Shown here: in pieces, positions 51,273 through 64,000 of the stretch | How positions within the stretch are numbered: position 1 is the first letter of the stretch | Layout: each line of letters opens with the position of its first letter | NCBI GenBank assembly: GCA_051294375.1 | Contig: CM119266.1 | Span: forward strand, 18,648,087 to 18,712,086 | Direction of reading: 5' to 3' | DNA: 64,000 nucleotides | Source: Paraspadella gotoi | Lineage: Eukaryota; Animalia; Chaetognatha | Notes under the pieces: model-generated | Seen by the model: only the letters and a program-made list of their open reading frames with translations | Databases searched by the model: none | Told to the model about the DNA's origin: nothing | Position numbers and translations under genes: made by a program

Positions 51273-51423
51273 GCTTGAAAGCAGGCGTGAGGTTTTTCCA
51301 TGCCCCCAAGACGGTTTACGGCCGTAATCACGCTTCCCGGTACCTATTGGTCATGAGCTTATCGTATTACTCAATGAGCCACCGGGTCACGATTAAAGGT
51401 GAACTTGTCGCATGGCCCGACTA
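51273..51423 (-). mobile_element. Repeat family C second copy
   Basis: Minus strand ...GTGACCCGGTGGCTCATTGAGTAA...CTCATGA...GGTACCGGG AAG CGT GA TTA CGGCCG TAA ACC GT C...G CCTGC T TTC AA GC. Confidence 0.6.
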
Positions 51424-52441
51424 GAGTTTGTTGTTGTAGTTTTTTGTTGTAATTGTTTGTTGTTGTAGTTAGTTGTATTTGGTTGTTGTCGCGGAAAATG
51501 AATAAAAATAGTTTGTGAGATCAGGAAATTAAAAAAGATGGCTCATGATGGATCATGGAGAAATCTTTCTCGAAAATGTATGACGTTCTCCCTATAAAAC
51601 AGGGCAGTCAACAGTAGAACGCGCAGTGAAATGGCAATGAGATTTGTAAACGCGGATTTTCATATATTACACAAGTTTTGTTTTCTTAACATCTTTGATT
51701 TCTTTTCTCCTCGAATTGAAATGAAATATTTGTTATGCCGCCAATTTCCGTCGCTTTTCCGCCGGTTTTACCGATGATTTTATATTGGTTGTAGAAAATG
51801 AATAAATTTGTCGTTTAAGCATGAAATGATGAATGTTAGTGCTAATTTTCCCTTTCTCACGGTAGCTAACCCAAAATTTTTACTATTGCTAATGCTTTTC
51901 AATCCGCCCATAATGTATTTAAGTGAAATATTAACAAGGTTGTGGAAAGATCTTTTGTCTTTTTATACTGCGAGCCGTTTTTCAGTTCTCACCACCTCAA
52001 TTGGTCTTATGTTTATTCAATAGAAAAGGGCTAAGTTGTTAAGCATCGGGCATTAACTTGTTCCAACATCCGGGTTTCGGTTGTCAGTTGAGTTTCGGAT
52101 TCAACGACCGATTAGTAAGACTCTGTTCCTCCCAACATTTTTCGTCTGCTTCTCGTTCAATGACATCCTCGGCCCCTTCTAAATTAGCATAAACTATGGA
52201 ATTTTGCAGGAGACCAACGATGATATCTCCGTCTTTTTTACAGGTAAAAAAGCAAAATTCCCGTAAAATATTTAGAATATTTTTATTGAAGCTTTCCAAA
52301 ATGCTTTATTTATGAGCAATAGATGATTTAAGGCAATGTATCGTAAGTTATACACACTGGGTGTCATTATGAAAATTGGACTGACATTGAACCCAGAAAT
52401 ACTAGATGCCATTAGTGAGATCGGAAAATATCTGATATACG

Positions 52442-55400
52442 ATGAATTGTGATAGTGAGGTATTTAAAATGGGCTTCAATGCTACTTTTGATATTTTTAT
52501 CGTGGATAAATTTTTATTATATATTTTTCAGGATAATCAGCAGCAAAGGCAAAACGTCTTCGACAATTTGCGTTCCCCCTTGGAGCAATGTCTAATAGAT
52601 ATTTTACAGAATCCTTCTACTGTGAACCAAAGTAAAGGGTAAGTGACGAATTTAAGAAATTAAAGGAATTCTTCCAGAGTTAAGATCCACGGCGGAGATG
52701 GGGAAAAGAAAGAAAGGTTTTTCTTAATAAATTAAAGTTAGGAGGAAGAGAATTTGAAAAAACCGCCTCCTCCACCAGTCTCTAATTCTCTGAGTTTATG
52801 AAGAGTTCAAAAAGGGCACCTTAACAAAATAATCAAAGCATATAGATACAATAAAGAATAATTACCAAAATTACCATTAAAGCACTCAAAAGAACTACAA
52901 AAATCAGCACAAATTCAAAAACCAATGAACAAACCAAAGCACGAATGCCAAAATGATTCAAACGATAAATCCTTGTGACGAAGTAAAGTTCGAACTCAGA
53001 TATCGCGATTCGCGAGTCTTTGGATCTAACATTAACAACACAGCTTCTCACAATATATAAAAGTTAACAGACAATACCATTAGGACACACTGTAGTAATC
53101 ATAACAATAAATAATCAAGTACCCGAATGATCAAATTTACGTAATGTGTAGGGAATGGTAAAGAAATAGACCAAGGTCAGAGTCCAGTAATAAGCGACTT
53201 AAACGTCCTTTTATTCTGGAGAAGAATTCCGTCCTGGGCAGAATCCCGAATGATCACGATAAACAGACAATGAAACGAAAGTCAATATCTCTCTTTATCT
53301 GAAGAAATAAGAGCATCTGAGTTATATATGGTGATGGGCTTTATTTTCCCAGAACGCCCCATTTTATCTTAAATTCGGAATTAAGTTACTTGGTAGAGCA
53401 TTTAAAGAGAACAAAATCTTAGATATCAATTTTTTTTACTGTAAAATCTGAAGAGCTTTATCGTGATGACCATTTTTTAGTTGCGCCCCGAGTACTCGCG
53501 GAGCAGCTTTTCGGTCGGTCTGTGGGTATTAAGGCGGGCCAAATTTTAATTTTTTTATAAAATGAAAAAGTCTGTAATAAAAGTATTTTGTCCTTTTACA
53601 ACCGAATTGACTTATGATGTTAGATTTTGATTAAATTAATTTTCCTCATGCATGGAAGCATTTTAATGTTTAATAATATATAAGAAATGCTTAAAAATTT
53701 AAATTTATTAAAAAAATTTTTTGACATTATTTAGTATTTGGATAACATAAAATAGCTTCCATGCGTTTGAGCTAAATCTTAAATTTTTTTTATTTTCATG
53801 ATCTTTAATATCGGTCTGTCCCATTTATGTTAAAGATATTTATAACTCGCCTATAAACAAGAAAAAAACTTTAAATCTAAGCAACTACTAGCGCCGCCTT
53901 TTGTGTTTTAAAAAAATCTTATATAAACTATAAAAACTATAAAAGACTTTATTCTAATGCAGTATGTGTTGAAAATACACGGAATAACAAAGTTACTGCC
54001 CCGTAACATATTTTAATTTCCATTCTTGTCTGTATAATTTCTTGTCATAAATGACGATTTTAAAAGTATATAAAATATTAATAAAATGGTATAATTATTT
54101 AAGGGTATTATAAAATTAAATTATTAAAATTTTATCAAATTTATATTTAATTTTTAAATATGAAAATAAAGACCATGTTTATTTAAGTAAGTTTATTACC
54201 AAATTGTATTTATAATTATAAATAATTTTAATTAAAAATAAGCTAATGTTAAAAAATAACCAGATATAAATTCCTCAAGAAAAGTAAGGAAGTATAATTC
54301 ATTTTTAAAAATTCTTTCATTAAATTGGTTAAAAACAATATTTTTATCCAATTTTTTGATCGTGATATTTTCCTTTCTTTCATTGTTATCAGTTTTTATT
54401 TTTATATTTTGTATGTTAAATATAATTTTTAAAAATCTTTATTAATTTATTTAGTGTTTACCCTATTTTATTAATATTTAACATGCTTTAAAAACGTTAT
54501 TTGCGACAAGAAAGATGAAATTTTATCAAAAAATGGTCATCACTATCATATTCTTCAGACTTTATTACAGTAAAATAATTATAAACGAAATTTAATATCT
54601 AATATTTTGTTATCTTGAAACGCTTTATTAACGGGTTTTCTAACTCTTTCTGGAATATATTCAAAAATTTATTTAACGTAGTAAAAATTATTATTTTTAC
54701 ATAGAAATTCGAATAAAATAATGTAATAATATATAATAATATAATAAAATAATGAACCGATTACACTCATTGCAATCATAATTGGCTTTGATCATTGTCA
54801 CTGAATGGCTCTTTAGGGAAGCACACACTTTTGCAACTGCACCTCTTTTGATTGTTAATGTTTTAATTCAAGAATTTATTAATTTTATTTTATTTTTCAT
54901 GTACCACAGGTGTTTGCCGGTATCGTCCTCTTCACCTGGCGATGTTAGCAGCAGCAGTGGGTGCAGCGGCAGCTCCCCAGGCTCGGGCTTCTCGCCACCG
55001 CGACTTGCCAGCGTATCATCCAGTGCCAGTAGTCATCAAAATATTAGGACCACTTCCTCATCCTCTTCCTCGTCAATAATGTCGGGTGAAGTCAATTTGC
55101 TTATTATTATTCATAATGGTTTTTTGTTTTTTGTCTTTGCAATTGGGGGTTTACAACGATGAAGTTATGGTGACTTCCAAAGTAAACGTAGTGATTATTT
55201 AAAACTTGCCACAACATAGAAAAAAGCTGCTGTTTGCAAACTTTGCAAAACCTTTCAATTTGCTGACTTCTCTTGAAACATACTAAATGAGAGGGCAAAT
55301 TTCTTTTTGCCGACTTGGATTTTAACTCTACACCGGTGTTTTTAATTATATTTTATTGAAATCAAAAAAAATATTTTAAAAAAAAATTATCATTTTGGCG

Positions 55401-57158
55401 ATATTTTTAATTAATAATAGGAAGTCCATATTTATGATCCATCTAAGGTTCTTTGACGGATCTTCAAAGTGGGACCGGTACTCACAACAGTTTTTCTGAA
55501 CACCCTTTACAAGTATCTCAACAGCAATCACAATTATCGGCTGTGCAATCTCATCTCAATTTTCAAAGGTAATTATCCTTTCTATCTATGAAATTGGTAT
55601 AATGAATATATTTACAGATTTTCCCCTTTTCACTATTGTGATCAGTCAATTTTTTCCGGAAATCTGTTCATCTCTGATGCGGACGTCTTCGCAGTCGAAG
55701 ATCCCGTTTCAGCTCCGAGACGGTTTTTTTCCTTTGGGAAGCCATGACATGGAGAGTTCTAGTGGCCGTAGCGCCTTTGTTTCCTCCACCAGTTCCAACA
55801 AAGGTGCCGAAGGTTTTAATGGCAATCTCCTCTCATCGTCTTCAACTGAATCTTCTCCAGCAAAAGTAAGTCTGGAAACTTCAAATATGAGAAGGTATAT
55901 ATTTAACTCTGCCCAAAAGGCAATACTCTTAATTCCGACCAAATTAAAATGTTCCTTATAGGATTAGCATTAAACATTTAGTAAATGTTTTATCGTTCTT
56001 AGCGATGAGAAATCCAGTTTTCTGAACAACTCACAAGTTTAACAGTCTTGTAATATCTGCAAGGAAAATCCAGTTGGTGGATTTTAGTCCACCATACTTT
56101 CCAAATTATTAATATATGACAATATGCTAATAAACGAAAACGATTTTTTTTGGTTTGGACAACAATTTATTTAAATGATAAAATATTTACGGACATGTTT
56201 CATACATGTGTCGTCACGCGACCATCCAGAACGACGGTCACGCGATCAGAAAAAAGTGGCTTATTCATATATTATTTGGTCATTTTGCGTAAAACCTAAC
56301 ATCGAAGTAATAAACCTTATTCTTCTTGTGCATATGTTTCTCGTGATCACGTGATAATCAGAAAATGCATCCACAAAAGAAATTTATATTATGACATGTC
56401 ACTTTATTTTATTTAGGATGAAAAACGGAGCAATAACGAAGATTGCATCGATGATACTGACCACAGTCACCGCTTAAGACTCGGCTTTGGCAGTCTGGAT
56501 TCTACGGGTGCATTAGGTGGAAGTGCTGGATTAACTTCATTGGGAGGCAGTACAGATGTTGATGCGCTCAGTGGGGATATTGAAAGATTTTCACGTAAAG
56601 TGTTTGTTGGCGGTCTTCCGCCGGACATTGATGAGGACGAGATTACAGCCAGCTTTAGGCGTTTTGGTCCGCTGGTTGTTGACTGGCCCCATAAGGCAGA
56701 ATCAAAATCGTACTTCCCACCTAAGGTAAGCTTTAAATTCTACATCATTGACTATTAATATGATTGAACTGTAGTACAGTCAACACTTTCCCAGAAGCAA
56801 AATTTTTGTAAGTATTTTTCTTATCAGGGTTACGCTTTTCTTCTGTTTCAAAACGAGGCTTCTGTTGGGTTCCTGATCGATGCTTGCCTAATTGATGGAG
56901 ATAAGTTATATTTTTATGTTTCCAGGTGAGTTTTAGTAGACTTTAGTTGTATTAAATAGAAAAATTTGATAATGTCAATGACTGAGTTTGGGCGTTTTTA
57001 CGAGGAAAAGTTTATGAGTTTCGCAGCGAGTACTTAACCTTTTTGTAACCTTTGTGGTTCGTTGTCAGTTATAATTCATTTTTCTTGTTTTTTTTTTTAC
57101 TTCGCAAAAAGCAAATCGTTAATGATTAAATATTTAATGCTTTCATTTTCTTCTATTT

Positions 57159-57254
<96 letters not shown>

Positions 57255-59031
57255 TTTTTACAACAATTGAATAGTTCAACAATAATTCGTTTAGTTTTAT
57301 AACAATGGTTTGCTATTACAATTGTCTTTGGAATATTATTATGATAATCAAATGGTTTATTTTAATATTAATATGTTATTTAAGTCATTAAATTGTAATA
57401 TGCGAAACATATAATTAAAAATAAAGGAATAACAATACATTTAGTAGTACAACAACGGAATATTTTTATATTTTCTTTTATATTATTATATAAAGAAGTT
57501 CTTGTTGGTTAAGAATTTCGCCCAGGCGAAATTCTCCCCTCCTGGAGAGACCGTAAAAGCGTCAAGGATAATACTTCTCTACGTTTGGTTTATATATACA
57601 TATACATATCCAGTAAAGCGTGTGGCGAACGGTCGCTAAACGCCAGAACGGAAATGGATGGCGTCGATTTCGCCACGTGGGTCTTCGTCTCTGACTCCGA
57701 TTGTTTAGTTTGAATAATTAAAATTGTTTCCCAGAACTGTATTTTGTTCATTAATAAAAACAGTGTCTGAATTGCCATAATTTAAAATTATATTTTTTGT
57801 TTTTTTAAGCCCTACGATCAAGCACAAACCCGTCCAAATTCGTCCCTGGAATCTGGGTGATTCGGATTTTGTGATGGATGGATCTTCGCCCCTTGACCCG
57901 CGGAAGACTATTTTTGTTGGAGGCGTTCCTCGTCCACTCAGAGCTCTTGAACTTGCTATGATAATGGACCGACTATACGGAGGAGTTTGTTATGCAGGTT
58001 GGTCTTTCAAAATATGGTTCTTTGTATTACATCCGTATTTTGTCTTGCACGTGAGAAGTTTTTATCTTTTTTTTAGTTTAGCTTTTTAATTATGATTTTA
58101 TTAATTTTATTTTCTAGTAGTAAATTTTTTTTAAAAATTAGCTAAATGTTAGTTCGGGAAATCTGGTGTGCAGTATATATGATGTCAAAAGGAGAAAAAA
58201 TTTAGAGTTGCTAAACAAATAAAAAACGAAATGAAATTGACATAAGAAAACGTTAAGAAGATTTTTAACTAAGGATATTTTTGTAAATTATCTGATTAAA
58301 TATTTATGTTATGATATATATTTCTTTTTAGTCGTTTGGGGTTTGACAATGAGTATTTATTATTTTTCATAGCTGTTTTGGAATCATAATGTTTGTTATT
58401 AATCAAATAATCTAAAACTCCTCATCAAGCTCCTTGAATTGAACAACCAAAATAGCGCACAACCAATCTTTTAGGCATCGACACAGATCCTGAGCTTAAA
58501 TATCCAAAGGGTGCCGGCCGTGTAGCGTTTTCAAACCAACAAAGTTACATCGCCGCTATCTCGGCGCGATTTGTACAACTACAGCACGGGGATATTGATA
58601 AAAGGGTGGAGGTCAAGCCGTACGTACTGGATGATCAGATGTGCGATGAATGCGCAGGCACGCGCTGTGCAGGTTAGATATAAAAAATAAAATTTCTTAA
58701 TTAAAACAAAATTCTTTATATAATTGTAATAACATATTACATTTTTACTGGACTGTGAGAGAGTTTTGATGGCGAGATCACAATATTTTTAGATAGATTT
58801 ACAAGCCTTTCAAATAATTTATTCTTGAAATTTTTATATTAAATTTATAATTCATTTGTATTAAATTCAGGCAAGTTTGCTCCCTTTTTTTGCGCTAACG
58901 TAACCTGCCTCCAGTACTACTGCGAGTACTGCTGGGTCACCATCCACTCCCGTGCTGGTAGACAGTTTCATAAACCTCTTGTGAAGGAGCGCGCCGATCG
59001 GCCACGCACCGTTCCCTTTCGTTGGTCATAG
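52442..59031 (+). CDS. CPEB2/3/4 (orb2): Cytoplasmic polyadenylation element-binding protein, CPEB2-4/Orb2 subfamily, about 531 aa
   Basis: Exons 52442-52459, 52532-52638, 54910-55085, 55448-55568, 55646-55865, 56417-56725, 56828-56925, 57810-57997, 58475-58672, 58871-59031, all in phase. RRM1 [51 protein letters not shown]; RRM2 [14 protein letters not shown]...[10 protein letters not shown]; ZZ domain CDEC...[17 protein letters not shown]. Confidence 0.95.
57155..57252. repeat. (TTTC)n microsatellite in a CPEB intron
   Basis: Perfect tetranucleotide run. Confidence 0.95.
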
Positions 59032-62000
59032 GTATTTGCTTTTTTCCTTCCCCAATATTTTGAAATTGTATCGCTCTCCATTTGAGACGCTAATCCGGGG
59101 CCATACAATGAGTTTTTAGTTTTATAGCGTTTTCAGTTGTCGTGATTTAACGCTTTGTTAAAAGATTGATTCTTTCTGAAAATCGATTTGTCAAATATTA
59201 ACTGTAACAATTGGGGCCACCTCTTAATAAACACGCCTGTGAAATAAATAATTTTAAAAGGGTATAATGATTTTTTTAATATTTCATTCGCCAAGCTCGA
59301 TTCGAAATTAATAAAAAAACTACAAATTTAAGTTTGAAATAAAAATATATGATTTATAGTAATATATTAATTTTTTGAGAACCCTATGAACGAATTTATT
59401 ATTCTTTTAATTTTGATATCTCTGGTAATACTTCAACAATATTTGTCTCAATCCATCCTAAATTGGAATAATTAACAAGTGAAAAAAGTTGAGTCGCACA
59501 AGTGGAAATGTGTTTAAATGAAAAAATCAAAAGACACCTATTCCAATAATTTTTTAACATTTTTATATCACACTTCTGCTTTAAAATTCATTTACTCAGA
59601 ATTCTATGGATGTTATATCATGTTAATAATTAAAAATGTAGCCAAAACTTTTTCTGAGTTCAGTTACTTCAATAGCTTTTAATACAAAGATACAAAAACA
59701 AATTATTTTAAAAATTAAGTTTTTTGCAAAATATGACAAAAAATATAGGAGTTGGATTCAAAATAAAAGAGACATGAAAAAAAAGTTCTTGAAAATATTT
59801 ATTACAATGTCTAAGGATTATTAAAAATGAGTTTAGATTTTTTTTTACATATACCTCTTATCAACACTAGTCTTTCTAATCATTTTTTGCTAAACAATAG
59901 CAATAGCAATCAGAAATTTCACGGCATCCAAACGTCTCCCGTTTTCGACAGTTTCAACGTGATTCGAGTAATTCGACGTTTTTGTTTTTAACGAGAAACT
60001 TAGGAATATCAGCGAAATCCCGTGAATACGGGACTCAAAAACGGGCAGACGTTTCTGAATGAATCTAAAAATAGTATTAAAAATATTCTTGTTTTCCTCC
60101 AAAAATTGAAAATGTTGACCGGACAAAAAAAACGGTCAAACTCTAGTACTACTCAAATACTACTAAGAATTTGAGGGAGAAAGAGAGAGAGAAATGAGGC
60201 TTAGGATTTTTTTCATCTTTTTTCCTAAATTATTTTAATTAAGGAGGACAAAATTTCGGTGAAAGTTTTGGCGTCATTTCCAGCATGGTAGAATTATTAT
60301 TCGGTTTGTGGATAAAAAGTTAATTACACTATAAAAAAAGTTTTAATGAAATCGTGGAAATAAAAATAAATGGAGAAAACTTATTTTTGTTGAATATTTT
60401 TTTTTCTTTTCTATAAAATGTGTATGCATGCTTCAACAACAATAAAACAAAGACAACCTCAAAAACTAAAACAATCATACCAACAATGGCAAAAAATTGT
60501 TTCTTTTGCGCTGATTTAAAAATATGTGCATTACGCATATATTGATATATATTTTTATTTATAATTTTAAGATCGTATCTAAGCGTATCGAATTGTATCG
60601 TATCGTATCCAAAATATATCTCATACTGAATTCGAAAACCATTATAGCAACCACCACAAGGACCACAATCACCGCAACTATAACAACCACAACACCAAAT
60701 ATGACAACGATTACAATAACAATAACTACAATCACCACAACAACCACGCCATAAAGAAAGAAAAAAGTTAAAAAGAAATGGTTAAAAAAAAGAAAGAAAA
60801 GCCAGAGAGCATAATAAAAACGAAGAGCTAAAGCAGCTTAAACACAGATAAAAAATGTATTAATGACAATGACAATACAGAAAAAAGTGCATGAAATTTA
60901 GTTTGAAAAAGAACTATAAATTACAAATATTCAAAGTAATGATAGGATAATATTTAATTTTTTTTATATTAAAATATCTTTTATTAAAATATTAACTATT
61001 TTCATCCTTTAACAAATAATGGCCTCAGTTGTTACAGATTGATTATTAAAATTAAGCTTTTAGCGTTTTTACCTAATTCAATGATAATTTATCCTGCTGT
61101 CATGAAGTTTTACGAGCACCTGATAGAAAACTCGCCATTTTTGGATAATTTTTTTATTACCTATTTATAAAATCTAGTTTAAACTATTTAAAATTTATTT
61201 CCAACATTAAATTTGAGTTTAATATTATAAAACTATAAAAACCTCTTGTCGAAAAAGCTGTTTTAAAGTAAAATTTATTGATGAGCTGCTCCTGTAGTTT
61301 TAATTGTAATACTAAGAAGATACTCTTTTTTTAAAAATTTGGGAATTAAATTTTTTTTAAATTTACCCTATTTTTAAATAGCCCGTGAGTTAGAACGAAT
61401 AATACTATTAATTAACTCAAATACAAAATATTTAACTTGGTCCTGATTTTTCAAAAAAATAACAGAAGTTCCAACAAGGACAGTTTCATTCAAAAATATG
61501 TTTTTTCTGACTGATAGACAAAAAGAATTCTTTTTAAAGAATTGTATTGAAATAAGTATTTTTTGTTAAATCGTTAGATGGTTTTATGTATTTAAAAAAT
61601 TGGGGTGTTTAAGTCAAAGCAGTTTACGACTGAGATCATCATTTATCCAATTTTTGAAATGCATGATTCTAGTAGTTTTGTTTGAAAAACGAATAAAAAT
61701 ACTGATTTATACAATAATCAAAATCAAATTCTTTTTTTTATATTATCATCTTCACTGCTCAGAGGAAAACAGAAGTCATAAAAACCCGAATGAGAATACC
61801 AAATTCTACGGTCATCATTATTATCGCAAGTCCTTGACTATCTATTTGCACCAAGATTAGCTGACACTAAAACCGTTCGGATAAAAAAAATTTCATGAGA
61901 TTCGCAAAATTTCTCTTTACTATCTCGACTTTAGGACTTACTTTTCACTAAGTCAAAAACCACTGAGATTTGTACTGCCTGCTATACTACACCCCATCTT

Positions 62001-64000
62001 TTTAACGTTTTGTCCCTTTACCCCCAGTCCTAGTAAGTCTGTTTCGCCTCACGTTTTATCCAGCTTTATATTAGATGGTGGGGCTATTTGGCGAATTTCG
62101 ACACTACTCGGCAAAAAGTTGCCTTTTCTATTGCTAAACATGGTTTACTATTTTTTTTCCCATTCGTTCAGTTTGCTGGACGCAGTTTTGAAAAAACGAA
62201 ATATTTAAATTAGCCAAATTAGATCATTTTATTAAGACTTTGTGCTTAAATTTTGTTTTTATTCATTGGCAAAGATAACAAATAGCTATGAATAATAAAA
62301 ATAATTAGCGGATAATAAATATAAATATATATTTATAAAAATTGGATTTTGGATTTTCGTGGTTTATCCATTTTTGTTTATTAGCTCTTGCATTGTCACT
62401 ATTACTTTTAAGATATGTTAATTCGTCTTGCTCACGGGTTTTAGAGTGCGCTTCCACCATACATGATTAGAAATTTAAAGAAATCGTGCATTAAAAGCAC
62501 AACTCCTTACCTTTTTTGCAACTTCAATAATATGGGAGACTACTTGTGTCAAAAAGTCAAATTCAGTTCTTTATATTCTTGATACCAGGTTTGTAGTTTT
62601 ATATTTTTTTTCGATGTTCAACAAATTTTTTTAATGCCGTTCTTTTTTATCATTTTTGATTTTGCGAAAAATAAGAGAAACTTTTATCCAAATATTTGCT
62701 TATGTGTATTAGATTTTCAAATTTTTTAATATTGATTAATTCTAAATAAATTTGATACTGTCTTTTTAAATTATTTGCAGTTAGTAACAAAACGTTTTTA
62801 TAAGAGATTTTCTTTGTTTCTGCGATATTCGAGGTCTTAGACACATTCTTTTCAGGTTAAAGATTTTTAAATCTATTGCAAGCCGAGTATAATTTCATGA
62901 TGAAGCATTGATAAAATTATTAAATAACAAAAGATGAATGTATGAAAACACAATATACCCCATATTGGCTATAAATAATAATAATAATATAATCTATAAC
63001 AATTAAAGATGATCTATGATGACTTTGGTTGTAATAATCAATGAGATTTGTTTTGTGCTAAGTATTTTGTAATGCTTATTATTTCTCAGTGATGTTAAAT
63101 TTTTAAAAAAATAATTTAAATTTATTTGAATTCAAATTAATAATCTGTAATAAATGATGTACTTTGTACTGGCAGATTTGCCAAATCTTTAACTCTTTAT
63201 CTTCCACAATAAAAAAAGTTTAGTGATGAATTAACTAACATAAATATTTTGTATGAATTAGTTGAAAGCAATTGATTTTGTTACTTATATTAAGTTATAA
63301 TATTCATTGAATAATTTTTTTAAAAAATTGTTAAAATAAATTAAAATTTTTTGTAGTTATTCATTTAATTATTTTAATTTCAATTTATTATCAAATTTTA
63401 ACATTTTAAAAACGAAAGTCATGCAGTAAAGTCTAGTATTGAATGTTTGAAACTATATAAGCTTCGGTAAAAAGTGTGTAATATTAAAATTTTTCATTTC
63501 ATAATAGGGTAATTATGCAGAAGAAAAAATAATAAATTTTTCTATATAATGAACAGAAAAATAAAATAGTATTCTCAGGTCACTTATTGTTCATGCATTT
63601 TTTTTCCATCCGTCTCTTTTACTTGGGTAAATTTTTATAATTGCTCTTTTCTGTATTCCCACTGATGAGTGATGATGATATAGAAACATATATACACGTA
63701 CTAGGGATCTAAAAATTTATTATTTTCTGTTCTGCACTATCCCTCCTTTTATGATAATAAAAATTTTATCATCTGTGCATGCGATGACATTATAAGTATG
63801 TAGCTCTAGTTTTCCTTGTGTTTAAATGAGTATAAACCCATGACAAATGAAAATTTTGTTATTGAAATAAAATCTATTTTAATTTACTTTGATCTTTAAA
63901 CATGATATCAATATTTTTTTTAAAGTGCATTTAAATGAAATATTTAATTAAAATAGTTTTTTTTACCAAATAAAATGAAAGTTTTTGCATAACATTGTTA

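Noticed and set aside
56188-56222. GAAACATGTC on the minus strand
   Set aside because: No CTGANGA box and no stem II.
52639-58870. HDV-like ribozyme in CPEB introns, as in mammalian CPEB3
   Set aside because: No nested double pseudoknot with the required L3 and J4/2 elements was found by eye.
59032-59400. CPE and AATAAA motifs suggesting CPEB autoregulation
   Set aside because: Expected by chance at this AT content.
63655-63710. CTGATGA...GAAAC...GTA hammerhead-like text
   Set aside because: Stems I and II do not pair next to the core.
1-64000. Most ORF-track entries, and any CRISPR array or prokaryotic operon
   Set aside because: The ORFs are microsatellite translations or antisense frames of GC-rich exons. 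No regularly spaced repeat-spacer array is present.

Overview
AT-rich, microsatellite-rich invertebrate animal DNA with spliceosomal genes. All gene models and alignments were made by eye. Genes: the 3' part of a multi-FN3 protein gene (+, ends 13210) with an antisense intronic tRNA-Leu(AAG); a FANK1-like gene (-, about 16 exons, 50097..20822); and a divergent CPEB2-4/Orb2-type gene (+, 52442..59031). The middle of the window holds an ~8.5 kb inverted duplication and a ~2.3 kb direct duplication next to N gaps, so it may be an assembly or haplotype artefact. Mobile DNA includes a Penelope-like remnant with a minimal hammerhead ribozyme, hAT and Tc1/mariner MITEs, a hATm-like transposase remnant and HINE/DINE-1-like elements. 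Main observation: up to four distinct short repeat families (two clear, two degenerate) carry the same circularly permuted (P5-type) twister-like ribozyme motif. Its pairings covary between families, P2 is shortened, and P1 is replaced by a 6-nt palindrome. Three families have a tRNA-like Pol III head, and one occurs as circularly permuted insertions. This suggests a twister-based retrozyme or circular-RNA retroelement system, which is inferred and untested.
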